DNA from: Ptychomitrium polyphyllum
Lineage: Eukaryota
Direction of reading: 5' to 3'
Assembly (NCBI GenBank): GCA_973851085.1
Contig: OZ316775.1
Location: 19,530,001-19,594,000, forward strand
Length of the DNA: 64,000 bases
Part shown: positions 11,801 to 23,687 of the stretch, piece by piece
Position numbering within the stretch: the stretch's first letter is position 1
Layout of the letters: each line of letters opens with the position of its first letter
Notes under the pieces: generated by a model
Database searches by the model: none
Told to the model about the DNA's origin: nothing
Seen by the model: the letters and a program-made list of their open reading frames with translations, nothing else
Made by a program: the position numbers and the translations under genes

Positions 11801-14800
11801 TAGATTTTTAGTCTAGCGTTGACTTAGGGATTGTGGTAATAGGAATCATGATCAATATAAATATGGTTATTAATAAGGTTGTAGTGTCATCTTAGTATCT
11901 TACTGATTTCTGATTAATGTTATTACTTCGTACTTGGTAGTTGATATCTGTGACTTTTGGTTTCTCACCAATTTGTGTTTTAATGGTCCTACGTATCACT
12001 GTTCAAAAGAGAATTTGATCTAAAGCTCAAATCATGTGTTATGACTCCGTTGATATAGGCTGAGAGTAAAGAGAGCTTGGATAAGTTCGAAAATTATAAG
12101 GAGGATGTGGCAAGTTCAGGAAGCGGCGAAGCAGCGCCTTCTCCATCTCCGCCTCAGGAATCTGCGCCGTCAGCACCTTCATCTCAACCTTCAGCTCCAC
12201 CTCCGTCTGATCTACCCCCTCATGAAGTACTCGCCATGCCAGCATTGTCTCCAACAATGGTACGAATCATGGCTTCGTTTACCGTGAAACACTCCGCTCA
12301 TCTCAATTTAAATTTTCACTATTCATGTCTAGATTGACCTTGTTTCAGACATTTTGTACCTTATATTTTACCGAACTATATGTCAATTGAGACTTGTCCT
12401 ATGCGGAAGTCAGTTTTCGGACATAATCAGTTCAAAACTTTAGTAGTTGAGACCTTCCTAAAACTGTAGTGGAAATTCGATATCGACACTTATCTGTTTG
12501 AAATTGTCTTCGTTGTATGATATAGAGCATCATTCTTATGCATCATGAGGGCGGTTTGACGAAAAGTATGTTGAGACTTTAGATCCAACACCTGTTTAGT
12601 GTGCGCATTTAATAAAACTTATTTTAAGTAGTTTCAAACGTCGAACTGCGTGAATTCCAAGAGCTGCATTCTTTCAGTTGAGCCTAAATGTAAGTAAACA
12701 GTAGGATGTTATAGGTTGACCAATGTTCCTATTTTTTTTCTGCATTGTAAGTTATGATTCCTGGGTTGATGCAGACCCAAGGAAACGTTGGTAATTGGAA
12801 GAAACAAGAAGGAGATAAGGTATGCCTTACGTGTAACATTTGCTCTCTGGAACATATTTCAGGTCTACCGTAACCTGTTGTCTGTTTGCTTTACTGAATT
12901 TTCTTAGAATCTAGGGAGGCACTTGCCGTTTCTTAAAATGATCTTTGTTGAAATGTAGGTGGCTGCAGGAGATGTCCTGTGTGATATTGAAACTGATAAA
13001 GCCACTCTCGATTTCGAATCGCTGGAAGATGGGTATGGAATCTTAAACCTTCAAGGGCTTTATGTGTTCCTCGATGCATTCCAAGATCTTCACACTAGCC
13101 TTAGCATATATACAGCTCTTTGAATCTGACCTAGTCATGAATAGGCTTGGCCCTGGTTATTTCAAAGATGTCGGTTGTGGTTCTATCGTGTGAAAATGCT
13201 CAATGTGATATATTTCTGTCTCCGTTGCAGAGTTCTGGTGAAGATTTTGATGCCAGCTGGCTCAAAGGATGTACCAGTTGGCAAAGCGCTCTGTGTGATT
13301 GTAAGTTTCCATTGTCTCCAGAGCAACTAAAAGATGGAACAATATAATTGGAAGCAGATCGTGGTTTTCATTTGGATTACATGGCCTTGCTAGCGGCTTA
13401 TCTGGAGAGACAGTAATCAGTAGTATAAATAGTATGATCATGTTAGTCCTACGAAGTTATTCGCCAGAGGTGCAGGTCCTCGTGATTTGTATGAGCTAAT
13501 CCAGAGATCAGTACAGCTTTAATTAATAGGTAGTATATTGTTGATATATGAAAATCCCTTGACTTAATCACGGTAGTGCACTTTTTCTCTGCAACCTGTA
13601 AATAATCCAGATTTTGTGCATTGTGAGCTTTGGGAAAGAGAAGAGAGCCTCTATATTACCTGACATTCAGTAAAACTCAGGTGATGAAAAGAGACTTAAC
13701 ACTGAAAATTCTCATTCTCGTGACTGTAGGCAGAGAGTGAGGAGAATATTGACAAGTTTGCTAATTACAGCGAGGGAGGGGGCCCATCTGCACCTCAGGC
13801 TTCCCCAAAACAGCAGGCAGGCTCTACCCCAACGTCCTCAGCTCCGCCTCCAAGGGCACCACAAGCTGACCTACCTGCTCACCAAGTATTGGCAATGCCT
13901 GCACTGTCTCCAACTATGGTATCTTCTCTTGCCCTACTACCATCTCTGTGTATTAAGACTAACTTTGACTTGGTAAGTTACTAGGCAGGTTTTAGCTTTT
14001 CCAATGTTATCTGTATATGCAGCTTAATCATTTTGTGGCTGGGTTGTTATATACAGACACAGGGAAATGTTGGAACCTGGAAGAAGAAGGAAGGAGACGA
14101 GGTACGGAATTTTCTAGAACTCCTTTGCACAAGCTGTGAACGTTTAAACTTTTTCTGTGACTTACATTTAGTTAAACTCTCCTTGTCTGGTTCGTCTGAC
14201 TAATGACGATGTGGGAATATAATAGGTAGCAGCTGGTGATGTGCTCTGTGATATTGAAACTGACAAGGCTACGCTGGATTTTGAGTCACTTGAAGATGGG
14301 TGAGCACCAACATTAAAACTTGAAGCTGCCATCAGTCTGACAATGTGGACTGAAGCTCATTTTTAAGAACCTGGTTAAAACGTTGTAGCTTGTCTGCACT
14401 TGTATTGGGTTCAACATTTGCCATGCGGTTTCTACCTTGGACGGTAAAGGCTGAGATTTGGTGTACTATCTTCTGTACTATTGCAGGTACTTTGCGAAAA
14501 TTATTATACCATCTGGCAGCAAGGACGTGAAAGTTGGCGAAGAATTATGCATTATCGTAAGTTCTGATACAGTAATTTTTTAACTCCTTAATGCTTAATT
14601 ATCTGAGAATTGACTGGCCGACAAATTAAGTTATGAGTTTGATCTTTTTTGGATTACGCTTTGCTCATCAGTTTTGCCTTTTTTTGCTTCATGTGATTTC
14701 TGCGTTCGTCTTACAGGCTGAGACAGCAGAGGATCTTGGGAAATTTGCAAGTTATGGTGGTGCATCTGCTGCTCCGGAAGCTCCAGCTCCACAGGCTCAA

Positions 14801-17800
14801 GATGCTACGAGCAAAGTACCTTCAACTGCAGATCCTCCTGCTCCAGCTCCTGGCAGGATAGGCCCTGCTGTTAAAAAGCTACTTGCCGAGAGTGGTCTGA
14901 ATGCTTCACAGATTCAAGGGACTGGCCCTCGTGGAATTATCGTAAAAGGTGATGTACTGGCTGCCGTGAAAGGTGGAATGAAACCGCAAGCAGGTGGTCC
15001 TGTGAAAAGTGATGCTGCTAAGAAAGATGTACCGCCATCGAAAGCATCATCGAAAGCACCATCAAAAGCACCAGCACCTGATTCATCATTGAGTTTTGAA
15101 GATATACCTAATTCTCAAATCCGCAAGGTACTACATTCCAGTGCTTCTCGGATGGTGCTCTTTTAATGACTAGGTCATGGTTATATAATCTGTAGTATCT
15201 GTCGAGGATATTAGAAGATCAACTGAGGGCAGAAGGCTCGCGTTGGTTGAAAGGTCTGTTGCTTGCTCTGCAAATTAGTGGGATCTACAGTTGCTTGAAA
15301 ACTTCTTGTTGTCATCATAGATAATAGCAAAGAGGCTGCTGGAGTCCAAAAATGGCGTTCCTCATGCCTATCTACAATCAGGTAAGAAATCAACGTGCAA
15401 TTGCTATGCTACTATATAATGATTCTACTCCCGTCTGCACCTACGTATAACAGTCTTTTTTTTTGAGAACAGAAATTTAAGTTTCTTTTTCTTGGAAGAA
15501 CGTAATGTTTAAGATTGAATGCTCATTTTTAGCATCGTCACCAACAATTTTTGTTACTGAGAATTTGATTTTAGTCTCTGGCTTTTCTATAACGTTTACA
15601 AGTAAAGGATAAGCCCAAACACACTGGCTTGTCGATGCAGTCCTGCTGTGTGCAGCTTATGCACTTCGTTAATATATTTTTTATTCTGTTTCCCCCCATG
15701 TGCAGCCACAACTTTGGATCCAACTTTACTGTTCAGGAAAGAGCTGAAAGGTCTTTTACTCCTCTCACTTATATGCTCAATATGTATATTTTGAGTTCCC
15801 TTGAAGATCGTTTCAGGTGCCTCACAATTTTTGTACCTTAAATTTGGAATCAGCATCTGCATTGATAGGAAAGGATTTAAATGCAGGTTGGTAGAAGCAG
15901 AGCTTTCTTTATGATATGGCTTTTGTCCTGAACCTAAATCGGATTTGAGATTTTGCAGAGAAGCATGGAGTATCTGTTTCCGTAAATGACTTTGTCATCA
16001 AGGCTGCTGCTCTGGCTTTGAAGGAGGTCCCTGAAGCAAATGGTAATGATTCACAACGTTGATTTTACTGGAGTGTTGATACTTTCAAGAGATTTTTGTC
16101 CTTAAACATGTTCCGAGCTTTGTTCAATTTCCTGGTTAAGGTCGGCTTTGTCGTTCGCAGGTTTATAGATTCTTAGATATAAAATGAACTTGTCGGTATC
16201 GGGCAAGCTCTTTGTGGCTTTAGGATGTGAGGAATGTATGCAAACCTAGCCTCATTGGCTTCTATTTTGATCTTTGAAGGAAGTTCAATCGTATTTGGCC
16301 TGGGACTTTGTCCTCGTTTCATGCATTTGACTCGTGTTGAGTGTTCGTTGAGGATTGACTGAAATTGAGCACTTCCAGTGAGGTATTTTATGTATTATCA
16401 ATATGGATCAGTCCTACTATATTTGTAATGAACATCAATCGAGCATCGTAACACCCTTTTACTACTTCAGTGTGTTCCTAACAGCATATTTAAATGATTG
16501 TAATGTGCAGCTTTTTGGGATGACAAAGCAGGTGATAGAGTTAATAATAAGACCATTGATATATCAATCGCTGTTGCAACTGAGAAGGTAGAACTACTTC
16601 TAGATCTTCCACTTCATTCAGAATGTGCCTCATTTTACATTGTAAGCGCATCAACAACCTCCTATAACTGATGGCAACTGACTTTGCTTTTTGAAACGTA
16701 GGGTTTGATTACACCGATCCTGAAAAACGCTGACCAGAAGTCCTTGTCTGCAATTTCGGCTGAGGTACGACTTCATTATGCTCATAACATTCAATGTTTT
16801 ATTCCGATTATGGTTCTGACTGAGCTTGTGAAGCAGAAGAATTGTGAATTGGAAATTTTGAGTGTTTAAATTCTCCTTAAAACCGCCAGGAACGGAAGTT
16901 CTAAATCTACTGTAAGCCTGCTACAGGTGAAATCTTTAGCTGAGAAGGCTCGGAATGGGAAGTTGAAACCACATGAATTTCAAGGGGGCACATTCAGGTT
17001 AGTTTTTACTTTCAAAGTGAGCCACCAAAGTATACCTTAGTTCTTTCTAAATCTAGAATACGTCACGTGGTGCTTATATTGAGGAGAGGTACGTAAGAAT
17101 TTACGGTTTCATTCTATTAATCGATGATTTACTCTGGTGTTGTGGCTAATATACAGCATTTCAAATCTTGGTATGTTCCAAGTAGACCACTTTTGTGCTA
17201 TCATCAATCCACCTCAGGTATTCCCACCTCTTCAAATCATCCTCTCTTGATGATCGCTTTCTATTTTGGTTGCTACAAACTCAGGGTATTGTTATGAATC
17301 TTTTCCTTTGGTATGCAGGCATGCATACTCGCGGTGGGCAGGGGTATGCCGAAGGTGATTTGGGATGAAGAAACTGCTGGTATTGCATTAGTTCTCGCAT
17401 TCCTTCACCTATCACCTATCACCTATCACAAATGTTTACTCTTATCACCTATTTAATCTATTTGAATAACTTCGCTCATCAAACTTTGGTTAGACTTCAG
17501 GAATTGCAGCATTTGATCCTGGGTTATCACCGAAGTTTAGTTTCTTTATCAAAATTTTGTCCAGTTGTAGGTGGATCTGAACTCTAATTTGTCAACCTAC
17601 TGATGCTCTTAATTTGCTGTGACAGGTCCTAAGACTCAGACAGAAATGTTGGTAACCATATCTGTAGATCATCGGGTTTATGATGGTGATACTGGAGGTG
17701 AGCACTTGTACTTAGTGTAATGTATTCTCATTTGCAACGAATAGCCCCTAGGACTCGTGTCTGCTTATGTTGCCTCAGAAGTATGTTGTCTTGGTCAGGA

Positions 17801-18058
17801 ATGATGTAAGTTGTATTTCCTCGCAGAGTCAAATTTTGTGAACAGAAAGTAAAGTAGCAGGAAAACATGGATAAGTTGCTAATACTGATAACTTGACAAG
17901 CATCAGCAACTTATGTCTTTAGAGGCCTCTAAGAATCTTTTATACTGAACACAAGAAAATCGAGTAGTTAACGTCTGCTATTTACTGTTACTCCTGCAGG
18001 TCGGTTCTTAGCAGCATTCCGGAAGAATCTGGATAATCCCCAAATAATGTTGCTGTAA
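8899..18058 (+). CDS. Mitochondrial pyruvate dehydrogenase E2 (dihydrolipoamide acetyltransferase, LTA3-like) with three lipoyl domains; multi-exon
   Basis: ATG at 8899 starts an Arg/Ala-rich presequence ([18 protein letters not shown]). Three MPALSPTM...[10 protein letters not shown] lipoyl units lie at 10891-14717. E3/E1-binding domain: [28 protein letters not shown]. Catalytic exons: [26 protein letters not shown] and DHRVYDG. Stop TAA at 18056-18058. Exons between 9003 and 10890 were not resolved. Confidence 0.95.
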
Positions 18059-18539
18059 CGAACAAGTGGATGAATTCCCTCCCGCTTATTTCTTAGGTAT
18101 AGAAAGGAAGTCCTTTGCATCATGTGCTACTTTGTAGAATTTAAGGCTCATTACCAGCCCCTGCAAGCAGGCAAGTACGGCAGACTGCATTCAGAGGTTT
18201 GGAGGACTGCTTGAGTGGACGATAAGCTTTAGTAGGCAGTCATTTTTTGTCTTCCCAAATTGGGTTGCCTCAAGAAGCGGATGATCGCAGATGGAAGGTA
18301 AGGTTTATTATAGAGGACTGGTGAACTAGAAGTTTTTGCACTTGGTCAATGTGGTGAAGCTGAAAGTTTACTGATGACCCTGGTGGCCATCCTTTTTCTC
18401 TTAAGAAAAGACCATGGCCACCAGCGATTGTAATAATACCATTTGCTGTATTTTACAGACCTTGGGGTGTTGGTGTATACAACGCTATATGTGATGTGTA
18501 TCCTCATATCACTGCACAACGACAAATGTTTTTGTGACG

Positions 18540-18915
18540 ATAATATCTACACCGTATATGGGAATTATATCTACACAGTATGTGTGAATTGTATCTACAC
18601 TATATGTGTGAATTGTATCTACACTATATGTGTGAATTGTATCTACACTATATGTGTGAATTGTATATATTCCGTACAAATGAGTATATCTACAACGTAT
18701 AGGTGAGTATATATACACCGTACATGTGAGTATATCTATATCGTACATGTGAGTATATCTACACCGTACACGTGATTTATATCTACACCGTACAAGTGAT
18801 TTATATCTACACTGTACAGGTGAATTGTTTCTACATTGTATATGGGAATTGTACATATGTCGTATATGTGAATCGTACTTGTACAACATATGGGAATTGT
18901 ATCTAAACTGTATAG
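18540..18915. repeat. 24-bp minisatellite
   Basis: Unit ATATGTGTGAATTGTATCTACACT. Near-perfect copies at ~18580-18670, with degenerate copies on both sides. Confidence 0.9.
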
Positions 18916-21879
18916 GAACCTAGAGTCAATACAGCAGTAACCAATAATTAATAATTAAGAAAATACATTTTTGAAATTCTATACATTTAACATTTTTTTA
19001 TTTGGTTAAAAACAGCTGATGGTATTGAAAATGGAATGAACAAATGATGGGATTATACAAATGTAGTAATCTTTAAAAGATTAGGATTATTTTGCTTTTG
19101 AAGAATAATAGATATAAAGAAAAATGAAGCCTATAAAATCTTGATTATGTAATCTTATTGTATACTTGAATATATTGTGAATTAGATTTGAAGCCATGAA
19201 CGTTCATAGATCAAAATACTATAATACTTTTATATCAAAAAATATACTTAAGGTTTAACTCTTTGGTATTTTGTAATTCAAATTTTGTAACTAAATCAAT
19301 TCTAAAATCTTGACTTTTAAGTAAAAAAATACCTTATATCATTTTTAAATATATTTGTTAATTTTTTTATTATTGAATAATTGTTTGATTGAAAAATGAT
19401 TTAATGGACTAAATTTAGTCTTGATATATTTTGAACACATCAAATTTATCACATTTGAAGCTAAATTTTAATTAAATATTTCACCTAATACAAATATTAA
19501 TTACATTTGTTCCAAATTTATTTCACTAGGTCTATTAAATTTATTTCAAGTTTATTTTTACTATTAAATATGCTAAACTTAAATTAAATTAGTATTATAA
19601 ATACCAAAAGTCTTCCATTTGATCTTTTCTATCATTTCATCTTTTCTAATACTTTTCCATTTCATCCCCTTTGTTCAATTCTAATGCATATTTCTTCAAT
19701 TTGAAGCCGTTTTTGAAAATATCACAAGATTTTGATGATGGTGGATCTATTAATTAAAAATCATGATGTTCAACCATAAACTTTGCAATTTCTAAATGTG
19801 TCAATGAAAGATTTTTTAAATGGACTTCACATAATTTTTTCTTCTTAAATCTAATTAGATCCACATAATGTGCTTTTTTTAAAGGATTACTCATTGCCTT
19901 CAAACACCTTGATTTCTACAAGATAAATAAATAAAGTTGTTAGCTTCATCCATCTCCATCCTAACAACATACTAACAATCTTCAGCAATTTGAATTTGTT
20001 ACTTTGTTTGTTATAAAGGAACAAGATAATTCAACATACTATTATAGTTGTACTAGAGATATACCACATTTGAAGTTATATAAGGAACATATTATATTCA
20101 AAGTTGTATAAGAGATATACTACAAAGTTCATGTAAAATAAAGTACCAAGTGGATTACAAGATAGAGGTAAAATATATTTACAAAGCCTCTTAAAGAAAC
20201 GAATTGTGACAAAGTATTTAAAAGGTTCCAAAAAGGTCATATATGTTATTTAATATTATTGTCACTTGCAGTATGATTAATATTAACTTCAGCCAACAAA
20301 AATTGCAAAATTAGGAAGTTGGATTAATAACAAGACAAAGTGTTATGATAGTTTTGTAAGCTAATACATACCAAGAAGAATTAACCTATTTGGTTGAGGA
20401 ATTAGGATTAAGCAAGTTGGAATTGGAAGAAGTCTCCAAGATACAATTGAGTAATTATTAAATTGATACAATTATTAAAGTGGATAGAAAAACCTTAAGA
20501 GTTGCAACTTATACCTTTGCCTTCCAAATTTTTGCTAGCAATTAGGCATTAACTTCAAAAAAGTGCAGACAATCCTTGTATAATAGCTTGTTAGGCTGCA
20601 AGATATCCACTTGATATGAGAACAACCTATATAATATGAATTTAATACAATAGAAAAAACGAATTTAAAAAATATAAAAATAAAATTAAAGAATCTAAAA
20701 TTGCAAAACCACCTAAACAAATAAACTTAATAATATAAGAAAGATGTTAATTTGAGTTATATACTTATGCTATATGAATTTATACCTAAAGAGCTTAAAA
20801 AACATGTTTTAAATGATTATAATAAACTTTACAAAATACAAAAAAATTTCATCCAAAATATAAATGAATATAAGAATGTTTGGCTATTTTGATATGCTAT
20901 GTTGCCATTTAAACGTTTTTTTAAAAAAAACCAAAAAAAACCAAAAAAAAACCATTAGCCAATAGTTTAATAATACATTTGAAATTATTACAATTAAAAT
21001 GAGTACTACAAGAATTACATCAAGTCTACATCATGTTGTTCAAAACCTTGGAAGCTTGAAAAGTGACCACATTACCTTGAACCACATCCTAGGCTCATCT
21101 TATATGCATTCCTTTGCCACTTCTTAAATTGTATATCCCTCATACCCAAAACCACATTACCATCATATCTAGTGTATGGCATTATGAATAATACCCTCTA
21201 CCTAAAATTACATCCCAATCCTATCTTATTCACTAGAATCTAAAACTTTTCTTCTCTACCATCATCTACTAAAGAGGAGACTTTTTTTTCTTGAAAACAC
21301 TTTCCTAACATATTATACACCAAACCAATCCAATCAAGTTGGATGGTGAAGGGGTGTTAAAGTATCAAATCACACCTAATCAAGTGTTGACATGCAGTGT
21401 CAGAAAGTTAAAAAGCTAAATCTGCTGGTGGTGGGCTCCATCATTGAGAGAGTTGACGTGGCAAATGATAACATGAAACTTATTACACTCGTGACATGAT
21501 CGTGAAGTGACACCCTGAGCAAAGGGCCACGTTCACCCTCACCCTCACCCTGTCTGATAACCATGCCACTCCAACCCCAACGGCCTGCACTGCACGGAAC
21601 TGACAGCCAACGAAAGCCGCCATAAACGGGTAGCGCACCAGTACATCCTGAGCATCACCATGATGTCAATCGAATGAAACCGCTGCGTCGCCTGATACCG
21701 AGACGATACTTGCGAGATACCGCGGTGATACACGGATGTGCTTGTGTGATGCTCAGAAGGGGATATCGAGATCTGGTGGCATGTGCTCTTGTAAGACTAG
21801 AAGAAGCTCATTGTGTGTGTGTTGCTCTCATTGTGCGCTTGTGCACGCTGCGTGATCGCTCGGGGCTCTCACACACGGT

Positions 21880-22655
21880 CATTGCTAGGAGTCCTCTGCA
21901 ATGCCGTTCTGGAGTCGGTGATTGAGTTCTTATGCGGAGAGGGAGCGGTGCGTGGAGTTGCAATAGGTGGAAAGCGCCATGGGCCTTTGACTGATGTGTT
22001 TGTTTCGTGAGTACATGCACTGTTTTTGTTGATTGGATTCTGCCGCAATGGCGCCCTGCTTCTGAGAATCGTGGAGTTGGTGATCGAGTTTCTTAGCAGA
22101 GAGGAAGTGTGCTGAGAACTTGCAATTGGAGGACGCTTGCCGTGAGGCTTTGGACGATCGAGTTTGTTTGCCTTTCGTGTACAGCTTTGTTGCGTGGATT
22201 TCTCGCAATGACGCCAGGCGGCTGAGGCTCATGGAATGAATATACGCGTCTTTTGATGACAGGAAGTGGTGTGAGAAGGTGCAACTGGAGGAAAGTCTTG
22301 TAAGATTTTAATCGAGACGTACTTAAGTGCACAGCTTTGTCGCGAGTAACTTGGATTTTCTCGCAACAATATCGCTCTGCGTCTGAGACTCATGGAGCAG
22401 ATGAGCTCTTATCAGAGAGTAAGTGGTGTGAGGAGGTGCGGTTGGAGGAAAGCGCTGTGAGCCTTTGATTGAGGCGTTTGTTTCTTCAGTGCGTGCACAG
22501 CTTTATTTGCTTGGATTTTCTCGCAAATATGGCTCTTGGCGGCTGCGAGTCGGGGAGTAGGGGGAGCTCTTGATAGCGGAGAGGAACTGGAGAGGAAGTG
22601 GTATGAGGAGGCGCAATTGGAGGAAAGCGACCCGCAGCTTTTGTTTTTCGCAATT
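21880..22655. repeat. Degenerate ~160-bp tandem repeat (about 5 units) upstream of the Pol IV/V gene
   Basis: Anchor GCAATTGGAGGAAAG-like at 21960, 22122, 22281, 22438 and 22613. Second anchor CACAGCTTT...GGATTTTCTCGCAA at ~22017, 22180, 22330, 22496 and 22633. Confidence 0.85.
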
Positions 22656-23687
22656 TTTTATGGATGCTAAACGAAAGAGTTCCTTCGTTTCGGGAGGCTT
22701 TTTTGGGACTCATGCTTGCGGAGGACTTACTTATGAACTGCTTTTTTTTCTTTGTTGCTTTTTGGAGCTCGGTGATGTTGCCAACCATATGTGTGTCAAG
22801 AGATTGGTAGTTGATGTTTCTTGTTCCTGTATTGTCTGACTGATTTGCTTGGAGGATCTATGAGGTGCGGTTATATAAAATAGTCATGCAATTTTGAAGT
22901 TACTGTTTATGACAGCGGGAGTAAGTGTGTTGCTGAGTGCGTGTGTGGATGTAATCGTCCGCTGGCTGTACTTCCGTTGTAAAGTTATTAAATAGTGCAT
23001 GCGGTGAAATTGTTTGATGGAGGAAGGGGGAATGGTTAGCAAGAGAGAGCTCGTGATCCGAGGCATTTTTTGAACGATAGAGGCTTTGAAATAAAACGAT
23101 TCTGAAAAGACTAGGCTGAAAGGGTCCTTGGAATGGCCCTACCCTTAGCACCTCTGCTGTTGAAACTAGCCTTTTCTCGATTGTGACCGAGAGATACGCC
23201 CTGATGTGAGAGCCTGAGCAGCTGCCGCCTTTAGTTGGCTTCGTTAAACGTCCGCCGCTCTCGTGTTTCTGTTAGCCTCACTTCGTCACCTCGATTCTTG
23301 AGTATGGTTCTGAGTGAGCATTTGTTTATCTGCAGGTGGACTGCATGATATGGCAATTTCGAGATTCGAGGGAAGACACCTGCTCAAATGAGTTTAAAGA
23401 CACTTTCATGCGAATAACAAGCAGCCAGTGCCTTTATTTACAGCTGCCATTCGCATCGCATTACTTTTATTGGTTTATTACTTTTTCTTAGCCTCTCTTG
23501 GTGTTTTTCTTTTAGAGGCAGTAGAGTGATCGTCGATAGTTTTCGTGAGGCATGGCATTCTGAAAACTGACTTTGAGCTATTAACGGCATGATCATCCTC
23601 ATTCAGATGGAAAACGTGGGGTTGATCAAGTCCATGACAATAGTTAGTTAGCTGGACTCTGAAGGATGTAGCACTTGTCCCCTGCAG

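Noticed and set aside
14207..14216. Exact plant snRNA upstream sequence element (TCCCACATCG) on the minus strand
   Set aside because: It lies in the 3' end of an E2 intron, with no properly spaced TATA box and no recognisable snRNA downstream; likely chance.
18443..18889. Repetitive ORFs (CVNCIYTI / HTYSVDTI repeats) and a superficial CRISPR-like look
   Set aside because: These are translation artefacts of a 24-bp minisatellite; there are no unique spacers and the context is eukaryotic.
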